This document shows positions 32,606-44,250 of a stretch of 64,000 nt of DNA, one piece after another. The notes under the pieces were generated by a model. The model searched no databases and was not told the DNA's origin. It saw only the letters and a program-made list of their open reading frames with translations. Source of the DNA: an uncultured Methanomicrobiales archaeon (GTDB lineage Archaea > Halobacteriota > Methanomicrobia > Methanomicrobiales > Methanospirillaceae); contig CAVWXH010000002.1 of NCBI GenBank assembly GCA_963758915.1, positions 32,001 to 96,000 of the forward strand, in the 5' to 3' direction. Position 1 is the first letter of the stretch. Each line of letters starts with the position of its first letter. The position numbers and the translations under genes are program-made.

Positions 32606-33508
32606 TCAGAGATGACCCCGGTCAAAACCCTGTCTGAGGGTTTCATCGCCAAACCAGACAACCTGTTGAGGAAATGCAATCTGGATACCATTGTTTTCAA
32701 GCGTTTTTTTAACATCCTGGAGGATACTGGTGTTAAAAGATGCACCATCAATTGTATTAACCCAGATTGACGGAAGCCAGAGCCTGAATTTGATCTGCAC
32801 GCTTGAAGAATCAAATGACGATACAAACACTTCAGGGGGTGGATTTTTCAGGACATGCGTATAGCCATCAAACAGTATCTCCAGTATTTCAACCGCTTTC
32901 CCTACATCGTCTTCATACCTGATACCAACATCGTAGTCGTATCGACGGGCAGCATTCGCATAATAATTGTAAAGGTCATTCGTGTAGATTTCATCGTTAG
33001 GGATCCTGACATAGACCCCGTTATCAGTCCTTAGAACCGTGGAAAGAAGCCGGATCTCCTCAACAGTACCTGATTTTGTTCCTACCTCAACAAAATCACC
33101 TGTCCGGATCGGGTGGTCATAGAACAAGGCAATGCCTGCTACAAAATCAGTCAGAATCTTTGCGCTTGAAAATGCGATCGCCACGATAATACCCGCGATG
33201 ATAAGCCCGAGAAAGAACATCGAAGTTTCAAAGATTGCCGGGGCGGCGATGAAAAATCCAACCATGAAAATCGCTATCCTGGCCAGCAAGGTCAGCTGGC
33301 TGAGGCGTTCTTTTTTCATCTGGTGCGAGTACCGTTTCTTCAGGTAGATCGCAACGAGCTTTCCCAGAATCAAGGCAACCGCGAGGATAATAAAAAAGAT
33401 AAGGACCTCTGCGATCGAAATCCGGCCGATAAAATCCGGATCCGGTTCAAAATTTAGTTGCGGCATTGTTTTGTTGACAATCCCGGTAAGGAGGTCAACA
33501 GGTGTCAT
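32606..33508 (-). CDS. mscS: MscS small-conductance mechanosensitive channel
   Basis: DFVAGI...PIRTGDFVEV...GTVEEI.L.ST...VRIPN...VGIRY...PEVFV...IQIAFPQ. Confidence 0.9.
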   Translation of the reverse strand: MTPVDLLTGIVNKTMPQLNFEPDPDFIGRISIAEVLIFFIILAVALILGKLVAIYLKKRYSHQMKKERLSQLTLLARIAIFMVGFFIAAPAIFETSMFFLGLIIAGIIVAIAFSSAKILTDFVAGIALFYDHPIRTGDFVEVGTKSGTVEEIRLLSTVLRTDNGVYVRIPNDEIYTNDLYNYYANAARRYDYDVGIRYEDDVGKAVEILEILFDGYTHVLKNPPPEVFVSSFDSSSVQIKFRLWLPSIWVNTIDGASFNTSILQDVKKTLENNGIQIAFPQQVVWFGDETLRQGFDRGHL

Positions 33509-34212
33509 GATATCCCCTGTTCCATTACGTAACCTGACTGCTGGACAATCGGGAGTTTCCTGGCCGTGTAGAGCTCGACCGATGGCGTCATCTCATCAAT
33601 CAGCGGGCGACGCAGGAACGTAGTCCTGGCAAGTTTCGGGTTCCAGATCTCCATTACGGCAGCCATTGAGACAATATTGCCATAATACAGGTGCATATCA
33701 GTATTGAGGAAAACCGCCCGGGAGACCTCGGCCCATCCCGATCCGGAGTTCCGGAATTTGAGTTCTATGACTCCTTCACGCAGGGGATCAGTTTCCGGTA
33801 TTTCTGTATAGACCCCGCTCCTGTACCATTTTGTAATACAGCCTGTTTCAGGCTGCCCGTAGAGCGAATACCTGGCGGGGACCAGGGAGAATATGTCAAG
33901 AACATCATATACGCCATCAGATTCAAGAAATACGGCTGTTTCAACAGGGAATTTGAGGTATATAACCTGTTCATCACCGGGTTTTATTACTACCGGATCG
34001 AATGAAATTTCCAGGTGGCTGGTAAGTCCATCCGGCAGATTCACTGGTTCAACAGGGTTGATAATAATCCTCCCGATATCAGAGGCAAGATTTTTTTCGA
34101 CGCGCTTTCCGGAACATTCGCGTCTATAACGCCGGTTTCCAGCCGGGCCACTGAAGGACAGGGAGATACCAGGGCCGGTGTAGGAGAAATTTTCGTTGTA
34201 GGTCCCGTACAT
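33505..34212 (-). CDS. DUF432 family protein
   Basis: MYGTY, INPVEPVNLP, LKFPVE, YSLYG.P..G.I; coupled to mscS by an ATGA overlap. Confidence 0.8.
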   Translation of the reverse strand: MYGTYNENFSYTGPGISLSFSGPAGNRRYRRECSGKRVEKNLASDIGRIIINPVEPVNLPDGLTSHLEISFDPVVIKPGDEQVIYLKFPVETAVFLESDGVYDVLDIFSLVPARYSLYGQPETGCITKWYRSGVYTEIPETDPLREGVIELKFRNSGSGWAEVSRAVFLNTDMHLYYGNIVSMAAVMEIWNPKLARTTFLRRPLIDEMTPSVELYTARKLPIVQQSGYVMEQGIS

Positions 34213-34397
34213 TACTGATGTGTAACGTGTTCCTCACAATAAAATGATCAGTTGAGACCTGATACATGAGTCATGGATTCGACAACCTGACTAGTATGGC
34301 TGTAAAACGGTTATGGGGGTGTGAACTGCATGCAACCCGTCTGGGATAACACCGGCCTGTTATATTTTATATCGTACTGGATAAGGTCCGGGGAATC

Positions 34398-34660
34398 GGC
34401 TCTGAAGAAATGCTCTTATGATCTCTAATGATTTCGGGTTGTTCCGAAATTAACCCACGCTCCCGGGGCTCATAGCCCGTCGCTTCGGCAACCCCGGTTG
34501 GGATAGAGACGATCCAAAAATACCCTGAAATTAATGAGCCTTCGCCGAAACCGTTGCCTGAAAAATATCTTAATGGGGGCGGGGCAGGACGGGGTGAAAC
34601 CCCCCTGTATTCGAATTTACCTCTTCTATTTTTATAATCCTGCAGGGTTTCAGCAAAGCC
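34398..34660 (-). mobile_element. Full-length MITE (263 bp) with TIRs and 8-bp TSD
   Basis: Ends GGCTCTGAAGAAA...TTTCAGCAAAGCC, flanked by direct repeat GGGGAATC (34390-34397 and 34661-34668). Reverse-complement match to 62476-62736. Confidence 0.9.
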
Positions 34661-34666
34661 GGGGAA

Positions 34667-35171
34667 TCAAAAAAACACCTGCTTGTAAACCAGGCGGTTT
34701 TTCCCTGATCCATCCGAAATAGCCATATTTTCTCCATTTATAACATAAACGGTTGCATTCCGGAGAATAGCGAAGTACCCTCCTTCCTGTTCCATGACGC
34801 CGGGAGGCGCATCGCACTGGTGCCCCTCACCGGACAATCCGCTGATGCTGATATGACGGTTATCTACCTTCCAGCTCCCTGTATACGGGTTGCAACTGTC
34901 ATACCCGCTGAAGCTTCCAATGGTATCGAATTGAATAGTAATGCCGGTGAGTGGCCACGGGTGCGGTGGGGACAGGGCTGATCACCATTGACCTGATATA
35001 CCTGGTCCTGGTAAGGGAGGATTGGTTTACCTCCATATTCGCCTGAATACCTGTACTGATCTCTGGTGCATCAGTTTGTGATTGTGGCTGTACCGGCTCC
35101 CGGGTGGTACATCCGGTAGCAGGCATAATAACTGCGAAAACCAGAATCAGGACAATCCCTGCCTATCTCAT
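34667..35171 (-). pseudogene. META-domain lipoprotein paralog, disrupted
   Basis: ATG AGA TAG GCA... gives an in-frame amber at codon 3, then a signal peptide and TGC lipobox. After a frameshift near 34955 it reads FDTIGSFSGYDSCNPYTGSW...QCDAPPGVMEQEGGYFAIL...LVYKQVFF*. Confidence 0.7.
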
Positions 35172-35238
35172 CCACTCACCCCTGCCCATAATGGAGCGGT
35201 GTTCCCGGAATAAACCCAAAAAAAATGGTGTAAAAATA

Positions 35239-35742
35239 TTATCTCTTGTAGACCAGCATGCTGTTTAAATTATTTGTTATCGTGAGACCATCGCCGTTTA
35301 CGGTGTATGTTTTTGCAGTCTGCAGGACCTGGAGGTACGTTGTTTCCGTATCGCTCATGTCCGCACAGTACATCTGGGTGGATGCGATCGGCCCGATTGA
35401 TATACCCATTCCGGTGTACAACTGCTGGCCCGACAGGGTATAACCGGCATTGTAATTGTTACATCCTGCGAAACCCGCCATGTTGCCATTATCATAGAAG
35501 GTTGCGGTGATCCTTGCATTGGTTGGGAATGTAAATGCCGAACCTCCCTGTAACACCATCGATTTCAGGTTCCATGTCCCGAGAAGCGTGGGGTCCATAA
35601 CAGGTGTTGGTGACGGTGTGGACACAATAACAGAACTTGTTGGTGCAGGTGTTGCAGGCTGTACCGTTGGTACACTCGTACATCCTGCGATCATAACCAC
35701 CAGGATCATACAGGCTATGCTACATACTGTAATTATTTTCAT
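35239..35742 (-). CDS. META (HslJ-like) domain lipoprotein
   Basis: IAGC lipobox; LLGTWNL...ITATF...GFAGCNNY...IGPIASTQMYC...ETTYLQVL. Confidence 0.88.
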   Translation of the reverse strand: MKIITVCSIACMILVVMIAGCTSVPTVQPATPAPTSSVIVSTPSPTPVMDPTLLGTWNLKSMVLQGGSAFTFPTNARITATFYDNGNMAGFAGCNNYNAGYTLSGQQLYTGMGISIGPIASTQMYCADMSDTETTYLQVLQTAKTYTVNGDGLTITNNLNSMLVYKR

Positions 35743-35867
35743 ACACTCTCTGTTACCCTCACCTTTTTCAAGCTTTCGATAAATCTGAAGAATACGAGAG
35801 TTTCTTAATCCATTGAGTTTGAGGGCCCGGAAATCTTAAAATCAGTTGTTAATGAACAATCTCTTCA

Positions 35868-38800
35868 TTACACTTTGCAGTAATCAACGGTGTACCTGCC
35901 CCGGGGTACATGGATCTCGAACCTTGCACCATGACCTGCTTCTCCTGTTTCCGTAATGGTAATCCCGGTAATGGAGAGGATCTCCCTGACAAGGAACAGT
36001 CCAAGTCCCGTGTTCTGTCCGACCCCCCGTTCAAAGATCCTTGATTTATCTTTTCTTGTAATCCCTATCCCGTCATCCTCGAAGATAATCACGAGTCCTG
36101 ATTCCCCCTCGCGGGCAAGGAGCTGTATCGTGGTGAGCGGTTCACCCCCATACCGGAGAGTATTGTCAATGAGATTATAGAACACTTTTTCGAGCAGCTG
36201 GTCTGCCAGAACCCGCACTTTACCCACATCGATATCGATCGTTATCCGATCGTTATGCAACAGGCTGGATGCCCTCGTGACTGTCTCCGCAAGATCCTGC
36301 CAGACAGGGTCATTCACCCCGATATCCTGGTAATCTTTCGTGAAGGTGATCTGGCGCTCGATTATCGTTGTTGCATCCCGGATCATTTTGATATATGGTG
36401 CCGCATGGTCCCCGGGTGGCTCAGCGGTGAGGAGGTCAAGGGCCCCCTTCAGGACGGTGAGCTGGTTTAAGAGGTCATGACGGGTAATGCTGTTCAGGAG
36501 GTGCAGGCGCCTGTTCGTCAGCTCGATCATATCCCGGTATTTCCGCATCTCAGAGATGTCAAGGATTGTCCCGGCTACGTGGGCCGGTTTTCCCATCACG
36601 TCGTACCTGATTACTTTACCCCGGAACAGCAGCCACTTGTAGGACCCGTTACTGCAGAGGAGCCGTTGTTCCTCGTTCAGGATTGATGATGCGCCGGACA
36701 GGAAATTCTTAAGGCTGCTGATGGCTTTTTCAACGTCCTCAGGATGAATAATCTTTTCAAGGAGGGCAATATCCACGGTTGTGGATTCTCCCTGGTATCC
36801 AAGGAGGTCAAGTACTTTCTGGCTGACTATTAAATCCGGTTCAGGTGTTACATCGCATTCCCATATACCTACATCCCCTCCCTCGATCGCAAGCTGCAGC
36901 CGCTCCTCGTTCTTACGGAGTTCTTCTTCGAGCTGCTTGTAGCGGGTAATAAACAGGCCCACACCCGTCAGCCGGGCTGGCTGACCGCTTTCGTCCCCGA
37001 TCACTCTGCCAATCGCACGCATCCACTCTACCCTTGCGTCCGGGAACAACAGGCGGAATTCGATGGCAAAATCCGGATGAGACTGCCACCCGGCAATAGT
37101 CCCGGATAGTGTTGATTCAATGTGCCCCCGGTCGTCCGGGTGTACAAGTTTCAAAAAATCAGTGAAATTGTCGGCAAATGCAGCCTCCTGCATGGTCCCA
37201 CGATCCCGCACAGGCAACTCACTGATGCGGTCGTCGATAATGTCCCACTCCCATAGCTGCATTTCAGAGATGGATAAGGCCATTTTCAGCTTTGCATAGG
37301 TGTCTTTGAGTTCATCTTCTGCTGCTTTCCGGTCTGTAATATTCCTGAGGTACTCGATTACCCCTTTCGATTCCCCGCTCAAATCATCGATTAGCGGGAA
37401 ACTATAGAGTTCAAACCACCCGTCGATTTTACCGGCAGGACCTATTTTCGGGACCGTCTCAACCCTTGGTTCCCCGGTGGATATTGTCAGGGAGGAAGGA
37501 CAATTTTCACACGGTTCTTTCCGGAGATGATAGGCCTCGTAACATTTTTTTCCTACCAGCGGCATCTGGTGGGCATACCACCCCTCAATTGCCGGGTTTA
37601 CCCGGATGATCCGCATCTCGTGGTCAAGGATGCTGATGCCGTCCCTGATACTTGAGAAGATATTATTAAGAAAACGTTCCCTTGCCTCAAGTTCAAGTGC
37701 ATAGGTCTTTTTACTGGTGATATCCCGTCCGAAAATGGCCAGTTTCCTGACCCGGCCATCGGTTTCCCGTATGGGGTTAATGGAATTTTCGATGATCCGG
37801 TTGCCTGTTGTAAATTCAAAAGACCCCGGGTACCTCCCCGGACTGCCTTGTTGACCTGTTCTTTCAGGGCAGCGGCATAGTCTTCCGGGACGATCTGGTA
37901 TAAATTAGTCTCCAGGACATCGTCCATATTCATGTGGAACCATTTTGCTGCGACCTCGTTGAGTTTCAGGATAATCCCTGTATCCGTAACCAGGACTGCA
38001 GCTTCATGGGTCGCATCGAGAAGTGCACCTGTCGTTGTTTCGCTCTCCCTCAATATCTCTTCTATCTGGTGACGTTTTGATGTTTCAAGGGCGAGCGAGA
38101 TATAATCTGCAACTGACGTCGCAAATTCCTGTTCCTTTTCGTTCCATGTGCGTTGTTTCCCGACGTGTTCGTGGCATACGATACCAATTACATGGCCGTT
38201 TAACCAGACCGGGACGTCCAGTATGGAGGTGATGCCATGTGGCTTGAGATAGTCCTCGAACAGTTCTTTCGTGCAGAAATGTTCTTTCACATCGTCTGCA
38301 GTGATCAATCTCTGTTCCCCCAGTTCGTGGAAGTATACCGGGTGCCCGGGGGCATCAAGATGTCCCCCTTCCTCATGGGAATCCGTGCTCTTTGTATAGA
38401 GATCACGGCAGGTGATGCCCTTCCGGTCATTATCACATGTCCAGAAACTGACACGTTCAACGTCGAGTAACACTGCATCGGTCTCAAGGAAGTGCCTGAC
38501 CGCAGGAGTAAACAGGGAGAGATCGGTCCTTGCGAGGTCAAGGAGCGCCTGGTGATACCTAAGGCTCCAGCTCTGCCTGTGATTTGGCAAGTTCCTCGCT
38601 GTTCTTTCTCCCAGTGATATCACGCGCAATCAGGAGGACTGCAGAACGGCCCTTGAAACTGGTGATCCGTCCCCGCCCTTCTATCCATCGTTCTGCACCT
38701 GAAACGGTCTTTATCCTGTACTCCCCAAGGAGAGGGTGCCCATCCCTTACCTTCGCCAGCTGGTACCGTGCGGTTGAAAGGCTTTCGTCAAGAATAAAGT

Positions 38801-40152
38801 CAAAAATATTCCGGACCTTGCCGGACTCCCCGGACGGCAGACCAGCCAGTTCCGCCACATTTTCGTTCGCGAAGAGGACTGTCCCATCCCAGTCGAGTAT
38901 GAAAATACCATCTGGCATGTTCTCGACCAGCGATTTGAAGAGTTTCTGGCTTTCCCTGGCCTTTTCTTCGGCTGCCCTGATCTCGCTGAGGTCGATGATT
39001 ATTCCCCGCAGGCCGGAAATTCCCCCGCTCTGGATAATGGGTGACGCAAATATCTGGATTGGGAACGTTGTCCCGTCCTTGCGGGCCGCTGTGTAGACAT
39101 CCCCCTGTTCGCCCGCACCATCGGCAAGTGCCCGGATACCCTTCATCGCCCGTTCATGCTCTTCGGGAACCAGCATTGCTGAAAATATTGTACCCGTCAC
39201 CCAGTTCTCCACGGGGGTACCGGAACATATCAAAGGTGCGCTGGTTTGCGTACAGGATTTTACCCCGGTTATCGATCTCAAACACGCTCTGGGGAAGCAT
39301 CTCGGTAAGTTCCTGGAACCGGTCTTTTCCTTCGAGAATGGTCTTCTCGTACTGTTTCAGATCGGTAATATCCCGGATGCTCTCGATCGCTCCGATTACA
39401 TTCCCTTCATTGTCATAGAACGGTGTGGCTTTCGCCCATACAATGGTCGGTCTCTTATGTAATTCCGGGACTTCGGTTTCTGCGATAATGCCATGCCCGT
39501 CCCGGGTGATGCTCTTGTAATACTTGTTCCTGATTTGTTCGTCTTCTTCATAGAGCAGGTCAATCAGTATTTTACGTCTTATTCCGTAGAATGGTATGGA
39601 GTATTCATAATCCCCCTTCCCCAGCATATCCGCGGCAGGGACTTCTGTCATCTCCTCGATCGCCCGGTTCCACGCGATCACCTTTCCCTCACGGTCGATA
39701 GCAAAGGTCGCATCGGGAAGGAAGTTTATTATATCGTGCAGCCTGCGTTCTGAACGGATGTGGGCTTCTTCCGCTTCTTTTCGCTTACAGGCCTGGTGGA
39801 CCATGTTTCGCAGTTCGGCGAACTGTGACTTCGGGTCCCCACCTTTCTGGAGGTAAAAATCAGCCCCGTAGTTGAGCGCTTCGATTGCCACCTGCTCCCG
39901 CCCCCGCCCGGTGAAGATGATAAAGGGGGTGTTGTTCCCGTCTGACCTGACCTTCTTGAGGAACTCGATCCCGTCCATTGCCGGCATCTCGTAGTCAGAG
40001 ATGATGATGTCGAACTGTTCCTGTCCCAGGATCCGTAATGCATCGAAGGCAGAAGGGCAGGTCTTTACCCTGAGCCTCTCGTCACGTTCGATAAAAATGC
40101 GTGCAATATCAAGAAGAGCCGGTTCGTCGTCAACAAGAAGTATCCGTATCAT
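35868..40152 (-). CDS. Hybrid sensor histidine kinase REC-PAS-GAF-PAS-HK (three frameshifts)
   Basis: N-terminal REC (LLVDDE, SDYEMP, FYLQKG), several PAS domains, GAF (SILDVPV...GIVCHEH), H-box NSITRHDLLNQL, YNLIDN, EDDGIGI, GLGLFL; split across four ORFs. Confidence 0.88.
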
Positions 40153-40272
40153 TTTTGACCCGCATAACTGATGGTATCGCCCCGCTGTACCTAATAGGTA
40201 ATTATCGGAAAGTTTAAATAAACTTAACTGTTTAAAACGCTTACCCAGACCTCATAAACAGCAAATTCTGCA

Positions 40273-41079
40273 TTATTTTTTCGCGGTGCCCTTGAAAAAG
40301 GTATAACAGAACGTACCCTCCGCTGAGGCAGTACGGTGGAGGTCAGCAATTCCCAGATCAAAATCATGGGGGCTTATCATTCCTTCCCCGACCGCCTGGA
40401 AACGTACTCCTTCAACCATTGGAATAATGGTCTTCCTGACGAACCCTTCTTCGAAATCCGGGTTTGAGTGGTCAGAAGAGACCATTCTTGGCGATACGTG
40501 AATATCCTGATACCCTGCAGATGACAGGAGCGGATAGAGTTGTCGTCCAATCAGCGAATTACCGCCGATTATTGCCTGTACATCGATCAGACAATGCCAG
40601 GCAGCAAGCGCCATCCGCGTCTCGGGGTGGAAGTAGCAGGAGCCGTGATCACCTTCGATAACCGTGATCGATCCACCGGGTTTCAGGAGATCCCGCAGGA
40701 TCCGGAGGGCAGCTCCCGGGTCAGGCAGATGTTCAAGCACGAAGCAGACAAAAATATGATCGAAGGAATTTACCCGGAACGGGAGCCGGAAAAGGTCCCC
40801 CAGGATAAACTGGTGCCCGGGCAGGCCCAGGTCATCAAGTGCGGCTTTTGCCGCGGTGAGCGAGACCCTGGATATATCCACCGATACGATCTCCGCACCA
40901 GGGGAATGGCCTGCTACAATACGTGTCTGACAACCGGTCCCGCACCCAGCCTCAAGGACACGTGACCCCGGTGGAAAGTACGTATCATGGTGCAGCAGGT
41001 CAGATAGGGTCGACGCCTGGTCGGAAAGCCGTTCTGCCTCCCTATCAGAATATCCATGGACGTAGTGCGTATGTTTCAT
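40273..41079 (-). CDS. SAM-dependent methyltransferase
   Basis: YVHGYS..E..RL.DQA, VLEAGCGTG, FDHIFVCFVLEHL, LKPGG. Confidence 0.88.
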   Translation of the reverse strand: MKHTHYVHGYSDREAERLSDQASTLSDLLHHDTYFPPGSRVLEAGCGTGCQTRIVAGHSPGAEIVSVDISRVSLTAAKAALDDLGLPGHQFILGDLFRLPFRVNSFDHIFVCFVLEHLPDPGAALRILRDLLKPGGSITVIEGDHGSCYFHPETRMALAAWHCLIDVQAIIGGNSLIGRQLYPLLSSAGYQDIHVSPRMVSSDHSNPDFEEGFVRKTIIPMVEGVRFQAVGEGMISPHDFDLGIADLHRTASAEGTFCYTFFKGTAKK

Positions 41080-41155
41080 GCTCCTCAATTAATCCCGGGT
41101 CCCCCTGCCGGTCTCCGGATTATGCAACCTTCTGCTGGATTATATTTGTATATAA

Positions 41156-41863
41156 TCATGGGATTGTCCTCACTATACGTTCCTTGTCAAGGAACCTCGT
41201 CATGGCATTGACTGCCAGGAGAAGAGCGATTGTGATGACGAGGGCGACCCCTTCTCCTGCCCATGAAATGGCAAACCCTGGTCCGAGGAGTTCCCGGGAG
41301 AAACTGATCAGGAAGATGAGGCCGAATATCACTGCAATGTTGATGATCTGGTTTTCCCTCATCCCGAGCAGCAGCTGGATAAACCCAAGCACCCCAACCC
41401 CGCACGCGATAAATGCGGGCACCACGGTAACAAAGTGGAGGATTATCGGTCCTGACGGGGTGAGGGCCTCCCCCCGGAGTGCTCCGGCTATGATGATCAT
41501 CAGTACCGTCGAGGCAAGTGTCAGGAGATAGGCCGGGATGAGCACACCGATTACTTTCCCAAGCCAGATCTCCTTTATGGGAAGCGGTCCGGCAAGGAGG
41601 GTCTCGATGGTACCGTCCTGTTTTTCGCGAAGGAATGTCTGGCCGGAGAGGATATACCCGATAAGGAGCCCAATCATGAGCCCATAGGTAAACAGCAGGG
41701 TATCTATCCCGATACCTGTACCTGGTCCCCCGGTGGCAATCAGCGCGGGACCTGATATTGCCCCGAAAACAAAGGCCATTACGAATGAGGAGACCATAAG
41801 TTGCGTGTTGTGCGTCAGCTGCCTGATTTCCTTTTTTGCGATGACGAAGACCCCGTTCATCAT
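41156..41863 (-). CDS. ABC-2 type transporter permease
   Basis: IAKKE, FLREKQDGTIETLLAGP...IWLGK; about 6 TM segments. Confidence 0.88.
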   Translation of the reverse strand: MMNGVFVIAKKEIRQLTHNTQLMVSSFVMAFVFGAISGPALIATGGPGTGIGIDTLLFTYGLMIGLLIGYILSGQTFLREKQDGTIETLLAGPLPIKEIWLGKVIGVLIPAYLLTLASTVLMIIIAGALRGEALTPSGPIILHFVTVVPAFIACGVGVLGFIQLLLGMRENQIINIAVIFGLIFLISFSRELLGPGFAISWAGEGVALVITIALLLAVNAMTRFLDKERIVRTIP

Positions 41864-42840
41864 GATACCTGTCCTTTCCCGGGGTCTGCAACCGCTACCG
41901 GATTGTCCTGTATACCTCCGGCCTCGCGGACAACCTCCAAATAGATCTCTTCAAGGGTACGCTTTCGTCGCACTGCCTCCTCCACCCCGATACCTCCCGT
42001 TATCAGCGCTGTAAGTACCGGGGACACACCTGAACCGGAAAGTGTGACCATAATATGCCCGTGTTCCTCCGAGTTCATGGTCACGCCCGGCAGTGCACTG
42101 ATAATGGCCACAGCCCTGTCCGCGAGGGACGGTTCAGAGAGCGTGATCTCAAGCCCTGTCCCTGAGGGACCGGCCCGGAGCCGCTCGATTGAATCATATG
42201 CCCTGATTGTCCCGCGGTGGAGAATTGCGACCTTCGAACAGACCCTGCTCACCTCGTCGAGGTTATGGGAATTTAAGAATATCGTCATCGCCTGCCCGGA
42301 AAGGCCGACGATCAGGTCATGGACCATTTTCTGGCCCTCGGGGTCAAGCCCGGATGAAGGCTCGTCGAGAAAGAGAATTTCAGGCTTGTGGAGGATCGCC
42401 CGGGCGAGGCCGAGCTTACGTTTCATCCCGGTTGAGAATATGCCGACGAGGTCGTCCCCCCTGTCTGAAAGGCCGACATATGCCAGCAGTTCACGGGCCC
42501 GTTTCTCCGGGTCCGGGACATCGTAGAGCTCAGCATAATAGAGGAGGTTTTCCCGGGCTGTAAACCTGTCAATGAGGCCGTTATTCTCAAACAGTACCCC
42601 GACACGCTTTCGTACGGCATCGGCGGTGTCGAGAGACTCCCCGAGGACCAGTGCCTCACCGGAGTCGGGCCTGAGCAGGCCGAGGAGTATACGCAGGGTG
42701 GTCGTTTTTCCTGCACCGTTAGGACCGAGAAATCCGAAAACATCTCCTTTCCCTACTGAAAAACTGATACCGTCCAGTACCCGTGAACCCTGAAAATTTT
42801 TCGTCACCGAACGGACTTCAATACTGTTGTTATCAATCAT
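41860..42840 (-). CDS. ABC transporter ATP-binding protein
   Basis: GPNGAGKTT, FSTGMKRK, LFLDEP, NSH. Confidence 0.93.
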   Translation of the reverse strand: MIDNNSIEVRSVTKNFQGSRVLDGISFSVGKGDVFGFLGPNGAGKTTTLRILLGLLRPDSGEALVLGESLDTADAVRKRVGVLFENNGLIDRFTARENLLYYAELYDVPDPEKRARELLAYVGLSDRGDDLVGIFSTGMKRKLGLARAILHKPEILFLDEPSSGLDPEGQKMVHDLIVGLSGQAMTIFLNSHNLDEVSRVCSKVAILHRGTIRAYDSIERLRAGPSGTGLEITLSEPSLADRAVAIISALPGVTMNSEEHGHIMVTLSGSGVSPVLTALITGGIGVEEAVRRKRTLEEIYLEVVREAGGIQDNPVAVADPGKGQVS

Positions 42841-43026
42841 CAGGCACCGATCCCGTGGGTAGTCCCGGTAATAACACCCGGGAAATGCGAAAGGATGACC
42901 TCTTTAGCATCACCTATGTGATGTCCGTTTATTTAATACAAATATTTCCCGCCTGATCAACGGGTTGTCCTGATACCAACCCCCATATAGGATGAGAGGG
43001 AAGCATTTTACCGGATTGATGTGCAA

Positions 43027-43524
43027 ATGACTGATACTGGTACAGGGAATGGCTATAAAAAAGCGACGTTTGCCGCCGGTTGTTTCTGGGGAGTCGAAGC
43101 AGCATTCCGCAGGATGAACGGGGTTCTATCGACAAGAGTCGGCTACACCGGGGGTCAGATGAAGAACCCGACATACCGGGATGTCTGCACGGATACTACG
43201 GGACATGCAGAGGCCGTGGAGGTCACGTACGATCCGGCACTGTTATCATACGGGCAGTTGCTGGACGAGTTCTTCAGGATACATGATCCGACCACGCCTG
43301 ACCGCCAGGGTCCGGATTTCGGGAGCCAGTACCGCTCCGCGATATTTTACCACGATGATGCGCAACGGTCAGCGGCTGAATCGGCAATTATGCAGTTGGA
43401 AAAGAGTGGCCGCTACCGGCAGCCGGTTGTGACCCAGGTCGTCCCTGCCCGGGAATTTTACGAGGCTGAGGAGTACCACCAGCAGTACTTTGAGAAGAAC
43501 AAGGGTGCACGGTGCCATATTTAG
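43027..43524 (+). CDS. msrA: Peptide-methionine (S)-S-oxide reductase MsrA
   Basis: FAAGCFWGVE, GYTGG, GHAEAV, RQGPDFGSQYRSAIF, AEEYHQQY. Confidence 0.95.
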   Translation: MTDTGTGNGYKKATFAAGCFWGVEAAFRRMNGVLSTRVGYTGGQMKNPTYRDVCTDTTGHAEAVEVTYDPALLSYGQLLDEFFRIHDPTTPDRQGPDFGSQYRSAIFYHDDAQRSAAESAIMQLEKSGRYRQPVVTQVVPAREFYEAEEYHQQYFEKNKGARCHI

Positions 43525-43718
43525 TGGGATATGGCTCTGCTGACATCCTGTCAAATCTATCTTTTTAATTACAATAGTTACTAACGCTGAGTGTTTCTTT
43601 GACGAAATACCCGGTGCATACCCAGTCGTGACCGTGCTCCGCCTCTTCCGTTTCTCCAGGGTGCACACCGGTGGCGGTTTATCATACAATCTGCCCGGTA
43701 AGGCCCGTGTATATAGGC

Positions 43719-43988
43719 TCAGGCACAGGAACCCCTCTTCGTTGCAGACCGGTTAACGCGGTGCTCTTTCTGCTTTGCACCATCAGGTTCATCCTTGCGG
43801 TACCTGACCTGTCGTGCATCTTCAAAATTCCATTCTTCCGCGATAAGGCGGTTCTCCCGTAATTTCTGGATGGCATACCTGACCGTGCGGGGAGAGAGCC
43901 CGGTCAGCGTGATAATCTCCTTGTTCGTGAAGGCCTTGCCTGCACTGAGCAGCGAGAGCACTATCCATGAGGAAGGTGGCAGTTTCAT
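43719..43988 (-). CDS. Small winged-HTH transcriptional regulator
   Basis: KLPPSS...TNKEI...TGLSPRTVRYAI..L...NFEDARQ archaeal wHTH pattern. Confidence 0.8.
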   Translation of the reverse strand: MKLPPSSWIVLSLLSAGKAFTNKEIITLTGLSPRTVRYAIQKLRENRLIAEEWNFEDARQVRYRKDEPDGAKQKEHRVNRSATKRGSCA

Positions 43989-44250
43989 TCTTTCTTCTCC
44001 TCGGAATAAGCCGTGTTACGGGACTTGCGGTATCCCATAACCGCGGCGGTATTGTATGAGTACTAAGAAGATCCCGGGTATAAAAAAATAAGAAGATATA
44101 GGGAGTTCATTGGTTGAACCATGCGGTTATAGCCAGTTATATGCTCAACCAGAAAGGATTTTAACCCCTTTATCGTCCCGTATTTCATGGGACGGACCGG
44201 GCGCATAGCCGGTATAAGCGTTCATGGAGGGGGATCTCCTCCCGCTCCAC

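Noticed and set aside
31594-32826. Extended N-termini in the ORF track (32826, 15315, 45615, 51495, 52887, 57551)
   Set aside because: The upstream extensions overlap other genes, repeats or intergenic DNA. Family motifs or signal peptides begin at downstream starts.
35163-35165. In-frame TAG as a pyrrolysine codon
   Set aside because: It falls in a signal peptide of an otherwise eroded paralog and no pyl genes are present in the window. A TGG-to-TAG nonsense change is simpler.
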